Positions 10,725 to 20,909 of a DNA stretch of 64,000 nucleotides are shown piece by piece. This DNA comes from an uncultured Gemmatimonadaceae bacterium (GTDB lineage: Bacteria > Gemmatimonadota > Gemmatimonadetes > Gemmatimonadales > Gemmatimonadaceae). Below the pieces are notes generated by a model, which worked only from the letters and a program-made list of their open reading frames with translations, did no database searches and had not been told where the DNA came from. The first letter of the stretch is position 1; each line of letters begins with the position of its first letter. The stretch is from the NCBI GenBank assembly GCA_963740355.1, contig CAVUDW010000003.1, forward strand, positions 544,001-608,000. The letters run 5' to 3'. A program made the position numbers and the translations under genes.

Positions 10725-13700
10725 TCGTCACCTCCAACGGCGCGGCGTTCGCCTTCGCCGTTCGTCGAGCAGTCAGTGCCCGTTCGATCCAGGCGTACAA
10801 CGTGGGCAGGACGAAGAGTGTCAGCAGCGTCGAGGTGAACAGTCCGCCGATCACCACCGTGGCAAGCGGGCGTTGCACTTCTGCGCCGGTGCCGTGCGAG
10901 AGCGCCACTGGAATGAATCCGAGGCTCGCGACCAGCGCCGTCATCAGCACGGGACGCAGGCGACTACGTGCGCCGTTCACGGCGGCGTCAATCGGCGACG
11001 CGCCATGCCGCCGCGCACGCTGCACCGTCGTCAGGAGCACGAGACCATTCAGCACTGCGACACCGAAGAGGGCGATGAAGCCGATGCTCGCCGATACCGA
11101 GAGATGCAGCCCGCGAGCCCACAGTGCGAACACGCCGCCAACCGCCGCGAACGGCAGGTTCACCAACACGAGGCCTGCCAGCCACAGCGACTCCAGCGAC
11201 GTCCAGAGCAATAGCGCGATGAGGACGATGGAGAGTGGAACGACGACCTCGAGACGCGCCATCGCGCGGCGTTGATTCTCGAACGCCCCGCCGTAGGTGA
11301 TGAACACTCCCGGCGGCGGCGTGATGCGGGCACCGACCGCACGTTGCACCTCGGTCGCGAAGCCACCCAGGTCACGCCCGGAGACGTTCGTCTGGACGAG
11401 CGTGTAGCGCTGCGCTCGCTCACGGCTCACCTGCACCGGACCGTTCTCCAACCGGATGTCGGCAATCTGCGCCAACGTGATGCGGGCGCCGTTGGACGAC
11501 GGCAGTGCGATGGACCCGATGGCCTCCGCCGACGTGCGCAGACCCTCCGGGTAGTACACCGCCACGTCGATGGCCCACGCGCCCTCGACGAGCTGGGACA
11601 CCGGCCGTCCTCCGACCGCCGTCTCCAGCGCCTCCTGCACTTCGGTCATCGGTATGCCGAATCGTGCCATGGCGGCGCGGTTCATTCGCACGTTCAGATA
11701 GCCCTGCCCTGCAGTCTGCTCGACCCGGGTCTCCTCGGCGCCTTGCACGCCGTTGACCACGCGGGCCACCTGATCCGCAATGGATCGCGTGAGCTCGGGA
11801 TCGTCGCCGAAGATCTTGATCGCGAGGTCGGCGCGGACGCCGGAGATCAGCTCATCGAGCCGCATCTGCATCGGTTGCGTCATGCCTATCGCCACGCCCG
11901 GCACGCGCGCCGCGAGACGCGCGCTGATTTCACGCTCGAGCGAATCCTTGTCCACCAGTGGCCGCCACGCGTCGCGTGGCTTCAGCATCACGAACACGTC
12001 GGCCTGGTTCACGCCCATCGGGTCACTGCCGATTTCGGCGCGACCGACGCGGCTCACCACGGTCGTCACTTCCGGTGACATCCGCACCGTGCGCTCGAGT
12101 TCTGATTGCATCTGCACCGACCGGGTCAGTGAGATCGTGGGATCCTTCGTGGCGGAGATGAGGATCGCCCCCTCGTCGAGCTGTGGCAGGAACTCCGTGC
12201 CAAGGCGCGGTACCACCACGAGCGTTGCGGCGAGCAGCATGGCCGACACGGCAACGGTGACTTTCGGGTGCGCACTCACCGTGCCGAGGACGCGCGCGTA
12301 CCGCTGTTCCAGCCACAGCGTGACGCGTTGCGCGAGCTGCGACTCCGTCGCGCCACGCTGGAAGAGCCACGAACTCATCGCCGGCACGAAGCACAGTGCC
12401 AGGAACAGGCTGCCGAGCAGTGCACAGGCGACGGTGATCGCCATCGGCCGGAACAGGCGGGCCTCGAGGCCAGTCAGTGCCATGATCGGCACGTAGACGA
12501 GCATGATGATCAGCACACCGAAGGCCACGGGTCGCGCGACCTCGCGGCCTGCGGCAACCAGGCGCGCCTTCTGTTCCTCGCGCGTTGGCGCCGGTGCACC
12601 GCGCTCACCCACAGGATGCAGTGAGCGAACGAAGTGTTCAGCCATCACGACGCCGCCATCGACGATCATCCCGAAGTCGATGGCGCCCAGGCTCATGAGG
12701 TTGGCCGACAGTCCCAGCCACCGCATGCCGAGGAATGCGCACAGCAGGGCCAGCGGGATCGTGGCGGCGACGAGCAGCGCGGCGCGCACGTTGCCAAGGA
12801 AGAACAGCAGGATCACGATGACGAGCACGCCGCCTTCGACGAGGTTGGTCCGCACCGTCCGGATCGTGCCGGCGACGAGGTCCGTCTGATCGTAGTACGG
12901 CGTCACACGGACACCCTTCGGCAACGCGGCATTGATCTCGTCGACTTTGGCCTTCACGCGCGTCACCACGTCGCGGCTGTTCTCGCCGCGCAGCATCAGG
13001 ACGATGCCGCTGACCACTTCGCCGGTCGCGTCACGGGAGACGGCGCCCTGTCGGAGCTCGGCCCCGTATCGGACATCGGCCACGTCGCCGACGAGCACCG
13101 GGACGCCGGAGGCGCTGGCGCGAATCACCGTGGTGCGCAGATCCTCGAGCGTCGCCGCTGTGCCGAGCCCGCGCAGGATGTATTGCTCGTCGCCGTGCTC
13201 GAGGTACCCACCGGCGGCCACCGCGTTGTTCGATTTCACGGCCTCGACCACGTCGTGCAGCGTCAGCCCGAAACTGGTGAGTCGGTCTGGACGCACCACG
13301 ACTTGCGCCTGGCGCACGTAGCCACCGAAGCTGTTCACCTCCGTCACGCCGGCCACGGTGCGCAGCTGTGGACGCACGACGCGGTCATGGATGGTGCGCA
13401 ATGCCGCCAGATCCTGTCCACCGCCTTCCACGGTGTACATGTAGATCTCGCTGTTCGCGGCCGACAGCGGACCCAGTGTGGCTTCGGCCGTCGCGGGCAG
13501 CTGCGCACGCACGCCCTGCAGCCGTTCGCTGATCAGGGTGCGCGCGCGCTGGATGTCCATGCCGTCACTGAAGACGACGGTGACGGCGGCGAAACCGTAC
13601 TTGCTGACGGAGCGCACCTGGGTCACATCGGGCAGGCCGTTCATCGCCACTTCGGTCGGGAACGTCGCGAGGCGCTCCACCTCGACCGGTGACAAGCCCG

Positions 13701-13917
13701 GGGCTTCGATCAGGACCTGCACCTGCGCATCGGTGAGGTCGGGAAAGGCGTCCACGCGCAGTGTGCTCATGGCCCAGAGCCCAGCGACGACCAGCGCGAC
13801 ACTGAGGACCGCCACCACGCCGCGTCTTGCGACGGACCATGCGACCAGGCGCTCTACGACACCATCGGGCGCATCGCCCGGCACCTCGGGATGTGTCATC
13901 GGCGGCTCACTTGTCAT
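10717..13917 (-). CDS. czcA: CzcA family heavy-metal RND transporter (second copy)
   Basis: DAFPDLT, SANLMSLGAIDFGMIVDGGVVMAE and RLRPVLMT motifs; start at 13917 or 13899. Confidence 0.93.
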   Translation of the reverse strand: MTSEPPMTHPEVPGDAPDGVVERLVAWSVARRGVVAVLSVALVVAGLWAMSTLRVDAFPDLTDAQVQVLIEAPGLSPVEVERLATFPTEVAMNGLPDVTQVRSVSKYGFAAVTVVFSDGMDIQRARTLISERLQGVRAQLPATAEATLGPLSAANSEIYMYTVEGGGQDLAALRTIHDRVVRPQLRTVAGVTEVNSFGGYVRQAQVVVRPDRLTSFGLTLHDVVEAVKSNNAVAAGGYLEHGDEQYILRGLGTAATLEDLRTTVIRASASGVPVLVGDVADVRYGAELRQGAVSRDATGEVVSGIVLMLRGENSRDVVTRVKAKVDEINAALPKGVRVTPYYDQTDLVAGTIRTVRTNLVEGGVLVIVILLFFLGNVRAALLVAATIPLALLCAFLGMRWLGLSANLMSLGAIDFGMIVDGGVVMAEHFVRSLHPVGERGAPAPTREEQKARLVAAGREVARPVAFGVLIIMLVYVPIMALTGLEARLFRPMAITVACALLGSLFLALCFVPAMSSWLFQRGATESQLAQRVTLWLEQRYARVLGTVSAHPKVTVAVSAMLLAATLVVVPRLGTEFLPQLDEGAILISATKDPTISLTRSVQMQSELERTVRMSPEVTTVVSRVGRAEIGSDPMGVNQADVFVMLKPRDAWRPLVDKDSLEREISARLAARVPGVAIGMTQPMQMRLDELISGVRADLAIKIFGDDPELTRSIADQVARVVNGVQGAEETRVEQTAGQGYLNVRMNRAAMARFGIPMTEVQEALETAVGGRPVSQLVEGAWAIDVAVYYPEGLRTSAEAIGSIALPSSNGARITLAQIADIRLENGPVQVSRERAQRYTLVQTNVSGRDLGGFATEVQRAVGARITPPPGVFITYGGAFENQRRAMARLEVVVPLSIVLIALLLWTSLESLWLAGLVLVNLPFAAVGGVFALWARGLHLSVSASIGFIALFGVAVLNGLVLLTTVQRARRHGASPIDAAVNGARSRLRPVLMTALVASLGFIPVALSHGTGAEVQRPLATVVIGGLFTSTLLTLFVLPTLYAWIERALTARRTAKANAAPLEVTNA

Positions 13918-15160
13918 CGTCAGCCAGCGACGCCTTCGCGAGCTCGCTCTTGAGCGTGAAGGCCCCGCGCACGACGACTCGCTCTCCGGCACGAAGTCCA
14001 TCCGTCACCACGACGGACGACGCGCGCTGGGTCGACGACCCTGGTGGCGCGAGCGGCATCGTGCGGACTTCACGACGGACGTAGCTCCGCTCACCCGTTT
14101 CCACGAAGACGAAGCGACGCTCCCCATCTGTGACGATGGCCACTTCCGGCACCGTCAGCACGGTCGCCAATGCGTCCGTCGCCGCACCCGCGGCGAGTGC
14201 CGTGCGTGTGCTGACCGACAGGCGCACGCTGGCGAACATCCCCGGCCGGAGACGCCGGCTGGCGTTCGCCACGTGGATCACGGCCTGCACCGTGCGCGTC
14301 TCGGGGTTGAGCGCGTCCTTCAGTCGCTCCACTTCACCGGTCGCGCGCATCTCGGGGAACGCGGCAATGCCCACCGTCGCTCGCTGTCCCACCTGCACCA
14401 GCGGGAGCGCGCGCTCCGGCACCTCGGCCACCACGTCGATCACGCTCAGGTCGGCGATGGTGAAGATCGGCGCACCCGGCTCCACCGCGGCGCCGGGGAG
14501 CAGATGGCGGGTCATCACGCTGCCGGCGAGTGGTGCGCGCAGCGCCAGCGTCGCGGCGGGTTCGCCGCCGCCCACGAGCCGCGCAATGTCGCCGTCGCTG
14601 ACACCAATGAGGCGCAGGCGACGCCGCGCGGCTTCGACCAGCGCCTGCGCACCCAACGAGTCGGACGTGACCGCGAGCACCTTCGCGCGCTGCACCGCCT
14701 GCTGCAGGTCGGACTGCGCCAGCAGGAATTCCTGACTGTACACGTACGCCACGATGGCACCGGCGGCCACATGGTCACCCTCGACCGCCGCCATCCGCTC
14801 GATGCGGCCGGCGAGGCGCGAGGACACGAGCGCGATGCGTCGAGGGTCCGCCTCGACCTGACCGGGCACCTCGAGTGCCTCACCTTCTGACGCGCTTGCT
14901 TGCGGCGCAACCGTCTGCACTGCAATCTGCGCCGTGCGTGCTGCGTCGGCGGAAAGGTTGACGTGGTCCGCGTTGGTGCTCTGCTCTGCGTCACTCGTGG
15001 TCGCCGAAACCTTCGTTGTGTCGAGTCGTGCACGAGTCGCCAGCGCGACGCTGTCGCCGCCGACTGGCTGTGCGTTCGGGCCGCAGGCGGAGAGCAGCGC
15101 GAGCAGCATCATGAGGGCCAGCATGACGCGCATGGACCGCGTCGAGAGTTGGAGAGTCAT
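13907..15160 (-). CDS. czcB: CzcB-like periplasmic adaptor, lipoprotein
   Basis: Lipobox LLSAC; SRLAGRIE and LRPGMFA motifs; lies between the czcC-like and czcA genes. Confidence 0.9.
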   Translation of the reverse strand: MTLQLSTRSMRVMLALMMLLALLSACGPNAQPVGGDSVALATRARLDTTKVSATTSDAEQSTNADHVNLSADAARTAQIAVQTVAPQASASEGEALEVPGQVEADPRRIALVSSRLAGRIERMAAVEGDHVAAGAIVAYVYSQEFLLAQSDLQQAVQRAKVLAVTSDSLGAQALVEAARRRLRLIGVSDGDIARLVGGGEPAATLALRAPLAGSVMTRHLLPGAAVEPGAPIFTIADLSVIDVVAEVPERALPLVQVGQRATVGIAAFPEMRATGEVERLKDALNPETRTVQAVIHVANASRRLRPGMFASVRLSVSTRTALAAGAATDALATVLTVPEVAIVTDGERRFVFVETGERSYVRREVRTMPLAPPGSSTQRASSVVVTDGLRAGERVVVRGAFTLKSELAKASLADDDK

Positions 15161-15173
15161 TGGTCGGAGTCGG

Positions 15174-16568
15174 TTAGGGCTGGCTCGGCACCATCGGTGC
15201 CTGCGCTGGGCTCGACGGTCCACTGCCGTTGCCGGATAGGAGGTCCGCCAGTGCATCGGCGGCGTCGAGCAGCGCGTGCACGCGGTCGATCTCCGCGCGG
15301 GCGAGCGTGCGCTCGAAATCGATGAAGTCCAGCAGCGTGATGCCGCCGCTGCGGAACGAGGCGAGTGCGCTCTCGCGCTCCTCGCGTGCGCCCTGCAGCA
15401 GTGCGGCGTCGAACACTGAGAGGCGTTCGCGCGCCGCGTCGAGACGCTCGCGCGCCACCAGCAGTCGCGTGCGTGCGGCGCTGGTGACGGCCCGTCGGGA
15501 CTCTTCCGCGGACGCCACACTTTGCGCGTCAGCCTGCGCGACGAGGGCGTTCGGCCGGGACGACGTGAACGGCAGCGTCGTCGTGAATCCGAGGCTGGGT
15601 CCGAACGCCGGCCCGTTGTTCGCCTGACCGATGCGTTGCACGCCGGCGTAGGCGGTGACTTGGGCCCGGCGCTGTGCGATGCCGAGCGCCTGCTCGGCGC
15701 GTGCCTGCCGGACCGCAGCATCCGCCGCTTCGACGTCCCGCGACGCCACGAGGATCGAATCGAGACTCACGCGCATCATGATCAGGTCGTGCCACATGGC
15801 AATCGGCCCGCCTGCACCTGCGGTGGTAGACGGCTGCGCGAGCGAATCGAGCAGCGCACCGGCCTGCACGCCAGCGGCCCCCAGCAGCCCCACGAGTGCG
15901 GCGCGTCCGGCCCGAATTTCCGATAGCGCGGCGGCACGCTCCGTCTGCACGCGGAGCCGCTCCGTGCGCACGCGGAGCACGTCCACGTAGCGCGCGGCGC
16001 CGACGGCAAAGCGACTGCGGACATTCTCGTCCGCACCACTCAACAGCTGCTCTTCTGCCGCCAACCGGTCTGCGATGGCGCGCCACGCACCCGCGCGGAC
16101 CGTTTCGCGCAGCACGAGGGCATCCACTTCGCGCTCAGCCGCGCGCACCTCCGTCTCGGCCATCGCGACGCTCGCCGCGGCGACGTCGCGTGTCGCACCG
16201 TTGCGCCGTGCCGCGAAGAGTTCGCGACCGAATTCGAGGCGCAAGTTGCCCTGGGTCGGGTCGCCGTTCGGGGCTTCCGATAGGCCGGCGGTGAGCGTGA
16301 CAGGGCCCACGAACCCCGCGGCGGCGGCGCGCGACCGCGCGGCATCGCGTCGCGCACGCGCGGCGAGCACCGCCGGGCTGTTGGCCCGCGCGAGACGTTG
16401 CACGGCGGCAAGCTGCCGAATCGCATTCGTACTGTCGCCCATCGCCGCTGCGGAGACAGAACGGTCGACGGCGATGGCGCCGGTCAGGGTGGCCGCAACG
16501 AATCGCTGCCCTATGGCAAGGCGAGGCGCGCTACACAACAACAGCAGGAATAGGGACGCGTGCCGCAC
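15174..16568 (-). CDS. czcC: TolC/CzcC outer membrane factor
   Basis: Signal peptide; RFAVGAARYVDVLR and FRSGGITLLDFID OMF repeats; operon position. Confidence 0.85.
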   Translation of the reverse strand: MRHASLFLLLLCSAPRLAIGQRFVAATLTGAIAVDRSVSAAAMGDSTNAIRQLAAVQRLARANSPAVLAARARRDAARSRAAAAGFVGPVTLTAGLSEAPNGDPTQGNLRLEFGRELFAARRNGATRDVAAASVAMAETEVRAAEREVDALVLRETVRAGAWRAIADRLAAEEQLLSGADENVRSRFAVGAARYVDVLRVRTERLRVQTERAAALSEIRAGRAALVGLLGAAGVQAGALLDSLAQPSTTAGAGGPIAMWHDLIMMRVSLDSILVASRDVEAADAAVRQARAEQALGIAQRRAQVTAYAGVQRIGQANNGPAFGPSLGFTTTLPFTSSRPNALVAQADAQSVASAEESRRAVTSAARTRLLVARERLDAARERLSVFDAALLQGAREERESALASFRSGGITLLDFIDFERTLARAEIDRVHALLDAADALADLLSGNGSGPSSPAQAPMVPSQP

Positions 16569-16802
16569 ATAGATGGCGGCCGCCCCGAGACGCGCTCTGG
16601 CGCGCGGCGTGACAGTCTGGCACGGAGTATCTCAGCGGCGCGCAGCGCCGGCCGACGGTGTGTCAGCGGAAGCGCGTGCGCGGGATTGTCTGGTGGACCA
16701 TCCCGCGGTCGTGATCGACGAGCGGGTGGCCGTGGGTGCCTGCGATCAGCGCGAGACGTCAGCGCGTGCGCGCCGCGGGCGTGGCCGCGGTGGCGCTGCG
16801 CG

Positions 16803-17241
16803 TCAGGCGCTGCGCGAGAAGACTGGCGGCCGCAATGGCAACGCGCGATCCGCGCTGGCGGGGGCCTGCACATCCGACCACGACAGTCCGCGCGGTGCGC
16901 TGACGAGTGCCACCGTCAGCGTCGGCACCGTACTGAGCGTCACCACGTGCGCGTGCGTGCAATGGCACACGTGGAGGTCGTGCGACGACGTCGGGTGCGT
17001 ACCGCAATCGACGATGGGGCGTGCTGCGACGGCTGATGGCGCGTCGACGGCCAAGGGGCGCGACACACTGCGCGATCTCCGACGACGTGGCGACCACCCC
17101 ACCCGGCGCCGGCGCATCGCCGTCGTGTGTGTCAGCGATCAGCGACTCGAACGACGAGATGCTGAAGACCACCATCAGCATGGCGGCGAGGCACCGCTGC
17201 AGGAGGATCCGCGACGCGCGAGGCCTGCGACGCAGCGCCAT
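16803..17241 (-). CDS. CzcI/DUF2946-like small His/Cys-rich leader protein, +1 frameshift at 17055-17058
   Basis: Hydrophobic N-terminus followed by DTHDGD; second frame has HDLHVCHCTHAH and ends LPLRPPVFSRSA; first gene of the czc operon. Confidence 0.6.
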
Positions 17242-17318
17242 GGCCCGTGCGCACGCCGCTTGGCGTGACGGGGCGACAGGCTGGCGGGGTGATCGCGTGG
17301 GCGGCGGGCATGGTAACC

Positions 17319-17349
17319 AGTATAAACCCTGAAGTGACTGCAAGGTCAA
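17319..17349 (-). promoter_or_regulatory. MerR-type promoter/operator for the czcICBA-ATPase-ZIP operon
   Basis: Minus strand TTGACC-19 bp-TATACT with dyad ACCCTGAAGT-G-ACTGCAAGGT, similar to the operator at 7034. Confidence 0.85.
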
Positions 17350-17740
17350 CGGCTCGTATGTGGCGCACTCGTCGGCATCGACGCATTTGCCACGCGCTCG
17401 GCCTGCATTTGACCGGCGTCGACGCGTTCGCGCGAAGGCTGCCCCCGCCTGACAACGCCGCGCCGTACGTCGGGACACGCGGGCTGGTGCACTACGTGAC
17501 GCAGCGGATGACCGCAGCCGTTGCCGTGGCGATGGTCGAGCACCGCGCCACGAATGATCTCGCGGAACTGTCGGAGCACGCGTGACCGCGCGCGCCGGGT
17601 GGCTTCACCGCGCACCGTGGCTGCTCACCGTGGTCGATGACTCGCCGGCCCCCGCACCGTGCCTCGCAGCCTCCGTCACGCCGTCGAATGACGGCACTGC
17701 TGCACTCTCGCACACCCGGCACTGGCCGGAGGAGCTACAG

Positions 17741-18127
17741 ATGGCTTTCACGCGCTGTTACCCCATGACGACCGACGAGCGGTATGTCAGGCTCGCCAAG
17801 AACGCGCTGTCGAACGAACCGGAACTGGGGCTGCCGTCGATGACGCGCTTCATGGAGTCGTTCCGACCGCGCGTCGCGCGCGTCGTTGCACCGCTGCACG
17901 CTGGCATGCGCCGGCCGATCCTCACGCAGGAGGCGTATGCCGAGCACGCCCTCGCATCTCTGGCGTCGCAGCTCGACGCCTGTCCGGCGTGCACGGACGA
18001 TGCCCTGCACGTGTGGGTGTCGTCGGAGACCACGCGCGCGGTGCTCGACCTGCATCACGCGCTGCGCCGTGCGCTGCGTACGCGTCGGCGTCAGCGCATC
18101 ACCGCGCCGTCTGCGCGAGCGGCATAG
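17741..18127 (+). CDS. Hypothetical protein, resembles an isolated ECF sigma region 2
   Basis: GGAGGA RBS; the FMESFRPRVARVV...ALHVWVSSETTRAVLDLHH pattern parallels sigma-2; no region 4. Confidence 0.5.
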   Translation: MAFTRCYPMTTDERYVRLAKNALSNEPELGLPSMTRFMESFRPRVARVVAPLHAGMRRPILTQEAYAEHALASLASQLDACPACTDDALHVWVSSETTRAVLDLHHALRRALRTRRRQRITAPSARAA

Positions 18128-18391
18128 CCTCGCACCTGCGCGGCAATGCTGCACACGATGCGGCACGCCACGCATAGCAAGGAGAAGGCTCGCAGGGACC
18201 GCCAGCCGGTGCCTGCGCAGCCGATCCGATTTGTGCGCCGGGATGGTCGCGGTCACCATCTGCGCCGAGCCCGCGTGAATCGACGTGCCGCGCGCGGCGC
18301 GCGTCAGCTGCCCCCGCAGTGAAGTCCTCACCCTCAGTCGTCGGGCATCACGCCGATGTCATGACGCTCCACATCACATTCGAGGTTCTCC

Positions 18392-19549
18392 ATGGATCAC
18401 ACGCAGACGCCAGCACTCGAGCAGCCGACGACCCGCTTCCCGTTCAACACCGCACCGACGGAGGGTGGCCACGAGTCGGGCGCCGCCGTGCTCGTCGAGC
18501 GCGACGACAAGGTCACGCGTGCTGGGAAGCCGTATGCGCGGCTCGGGTTTCGCAACAACACGGGATCGGCGACGGTCAATGTCTGGGACAAGCAGTTGCC
18601 CGAGATCGGCGGGATCGGCGTCGGATCGCCGGTGCGCATCGCGCTGACCGGTGGCGCTGGCCAGGACGGGAGCATCGAGTGGAAGTTCACGGCGATCCAG
18701 TCCCTGCCCCCGAACCACGCCGTCAGCCGTGAAGCGATGCCGCAATGCCCCGTCTCGCGGACGGACCTGATCGCGCGGACGACGCGGCTGCTCGACGCCG
18801 TGTCCGATGAGGGGCGGGACCTGTTCAGTCGCGTGATGCGGACACCGGTGCGAGGCGCCGACGGTGTTCTCGCACCATTGAAGCCCGCGTTCGCGCAGGC
18901 CCCCGCGGCACTGGGGCATCATCACGCGCACCTCGGCGGTTTGTGGTGGCACAGCCTCCAAGTCGCAGAAGGCGCCGAAGCCGTGGCGCTGGCGTACCGC
19001 GCGAGCGGTGATGCGCCCGACCTCGACATGGATGCCGTGCGACTCGGTGGGCTGCTGCACGACCTCGGGAAGGTCCTGGAGTACGGGTGGGCCGGCGTGA
19101 TCGCGATGGCGCCGCTGTCCGGTTCGATGTCCCACATGGGCCATGGTCTGCGGCTGATGACCGAGGCACTCACGCGGGCAGAGGTGGTCGAGAATTGGCT
19201 CCCGACATCGCGTCAGCGGCAGCTCGCGGAACACGTGCAGCACATCATCGCGAGCCACCATATGCAGCAGCGTTGGGGTGCGATTTCCGAGCCGGCCAGC
19301 CGCGAGGCCTGGTGCGTGCAGTCGGCCGACATGCTCTCCAGTCGCATTCAGCCATTAACTGACGCCTTCGCGTCGATCACCGACCGCGGTGATCGCCTGG
19401 TGCAGGTGCAGGACGGCTGGAAGAAGAAGTACGTGTTCGCCGCACCCATGCCGACGGCCGTTGGCGAGACAACGATCCCTCAAGCGACACACCACGACGA
19501 CGCCGCACTCGTCACGCTCACACTCGATCCTCAGACCGAGGAGTCCTGA
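18392..19549 (+). CDS. YhaM/Cbf1-like OB-fold + HD-domain nuclease
   Basis: TRAGKPYARLGFRNNTGSATVNVWD (OB fold); HHAHLGGLWWHS, LLHDLGKVLEY, HIIASHH and EAWCVQSAD (HD motifs). Confidence 0.85.
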   Translation: MDHTQTPALEQPTTRFPFNTAPTEGGHESGAAVLVERDDKVTRAGKPYARLGFRNNTGSATVNVWDKQLPEIGGIGVGSPVRIALTGGAGQDGSIEWKFTAIQSLPPNHAVSREAMPQCPVSRTDLIARTTRLLDAVSDEGRDLFSRVMRTPVRGADGVLAPLKPAFAQAPAALGHHHAHLGGLWWHSLQVAEGAEAVALAYRASGDAPDLDMDAVRLGGLLHDLGKVLEYGWAGVIAMAPLSGSMSHMGHGLRLMTEALTRAEVVENWLPTSRQRQLAEHVQHIIASHHMQQRWGAISEPASREAWCVQSADMLSSRIQPLTDAFASITDRGDRLVQVQDGWKKKYVFAAPMPTAVGETTIPQATHHDDAALVTLTLDPQTEES

Positions 19550-19550
19550 C

Positions 19551-19844
19551 ATGGTGGAGCGCGTTCATCCAGCGACACCGTCTCGCACCGCGGCGCGCCA
19601 GATCGCGATCACCACGCACGCACATGCGAGCTACTTACACAGCGCGCTCATCGCGACGGAGCGCATGTTCGGCCGAGACCGTGACCCCGATTTCGACCGC
19701 TGGGTGCGCATGGCGCGGGTGACGCTCTTGGAACTGATCCCCGAAGAAAAGGCGCGCACGCTGCTGCGGGTGACCGAGAACCTGCTGTCGCGACTGAACG
19801 CGTCGCGAGAGGCCACGCCCGTCCACGACAATTGCGGTCGATGA
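19551..19844 (+). CDS. Hypothetical protein (97 aa)
   Basis: GAGGAG RBS; starts immediately after the YhaM-like stop; GC3-rich codons. Confidence 0.6.
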   Translation: MVERVHPATPSRTAARQIAITTHAHASYLHSALIATERMFGRDRDPDFDRWVRMARVTLLELIPEEKARTLLRVTENLLSRLNASREATPVHDNCGR

Positions 19845-20161
19845 AGACCATCGACGCGGCGCAACGCAGTGATGATCCACGAGACGGCGCCACTCACTGA
19901 AGTGTCGCTCCCGTGGAACCGAACTCGCAGTACGTCGAACCGCGTGGGCCTCACAGGGAACCCGACCCATCCCGCTCCCCCGGATCCACGGCCATGAGGG
20001 CTGTCGGAGATGGCCCACGTGGATGGGCGCGCGGTTTCCACACTGCCACCACAGTCGGCGGCGTGGTACGCAGCGCACCGACATCACGGCCACGAGGGCT
20101 GCGACTTCGGCGCGCAGCGACCACCGCGTCTCGACGTGGCGAGGACCGACACGACTACCGT

Positions 20162-20806
20162 CTACTGCCTCGGCGGCACGCTCCACACCCCAGCCGCATC
20201 GACGCACCACTTCCACTTCGTCAGCACCAAGGTAAGGGCCTCGTAAAAGTCGACGCTCGACGTGTGCCCGACCTCGCACCACTCCGTGCAATATTCCGGA
20301 AGATGCTCCGCGATGGCAGCGACGGTCCACGTCGTGTGCTTGCCGAGCGTGATCACATCCGCCTCGTCGGCCACGCGCCTCGCGAGATGCGCTCGAACGG
20401 CGTCGGTGTCGAGGCGCCCAGTGTCGCGCTGGAAATTGTCCCAGCGGTCGAAGTCGTCGTCCGGCATGTTGGTGTCGTACTTGATGTCCGACACGCAGAT
20501 CCGCTGCGCTATAGGGGCAGCCGCCAGCGTCACAGTCCGTGCGCGCTGCGTCCGCTTCCGGTCGCGCTCTCGCTCCCGCTTCGCCAGCTGGGTCGCGCTC
20601 GGTGCGCCCGTCGGGGCGAGCGAGGCGAGATACTCCTCTAGCGTACCGGCGGCACGCTGCCGGTCGGCTATGTCCTTCGCGACCGTGTTCCGTGATATCT
20701 TGAGTGTTCGCGCGATGCTGGCCTTTTCTTCGTCACGTTCATGGGCCTCACAGACCGCGCGAATCCGCGCGATCCGGTCCTCGTCGCACTGAATCGGTCG
20801 TGCCAT
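20162..20806 (-). CDS. HTH-domain hypothetical protein
   Basis: SIARTLKISRNTVAKDI helix-turn-helix near the N-terminus; AAGGA upstream of ATG 20806. Confidence 0.65.
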   Translation of the reverse strand: MARPIQCDEDRIARIRAVCEAHERDEEKASIARTLKISRNTVAKDIADRQRAAGTLEEYLASLAPTGAPSATQLAKRERERDRKRTQRARTVTLAAAPIAQRICVSDIKYDTNMPDDDFDRWDNFQRDTGRLDTDAVRAHLARRVADEADVITLGKHTTWTVAAIAEHLPEYCTEWCEVGHTSSVDFYEALTLVLTKWKWCVDAAGVWSVPPRQ

Positions 20807-20909
20807 GCGTGTCGTCCTTGTGCGGGATGAGGCGCGGTGAGCCCGGAACTCCATCTGCTCAATTGTCCCATTGGGCGTCGGAAGCGAGGGCCGCGGTAGG
20901 CTGACGGAC

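Noticed and set aside
17132..17311. Leaderless uORF starting at the predicted transcription start
   Set aside because: The ATG position is suggestive, but the peptide has no features and overlaps the better-supported CzcI-like ORF.
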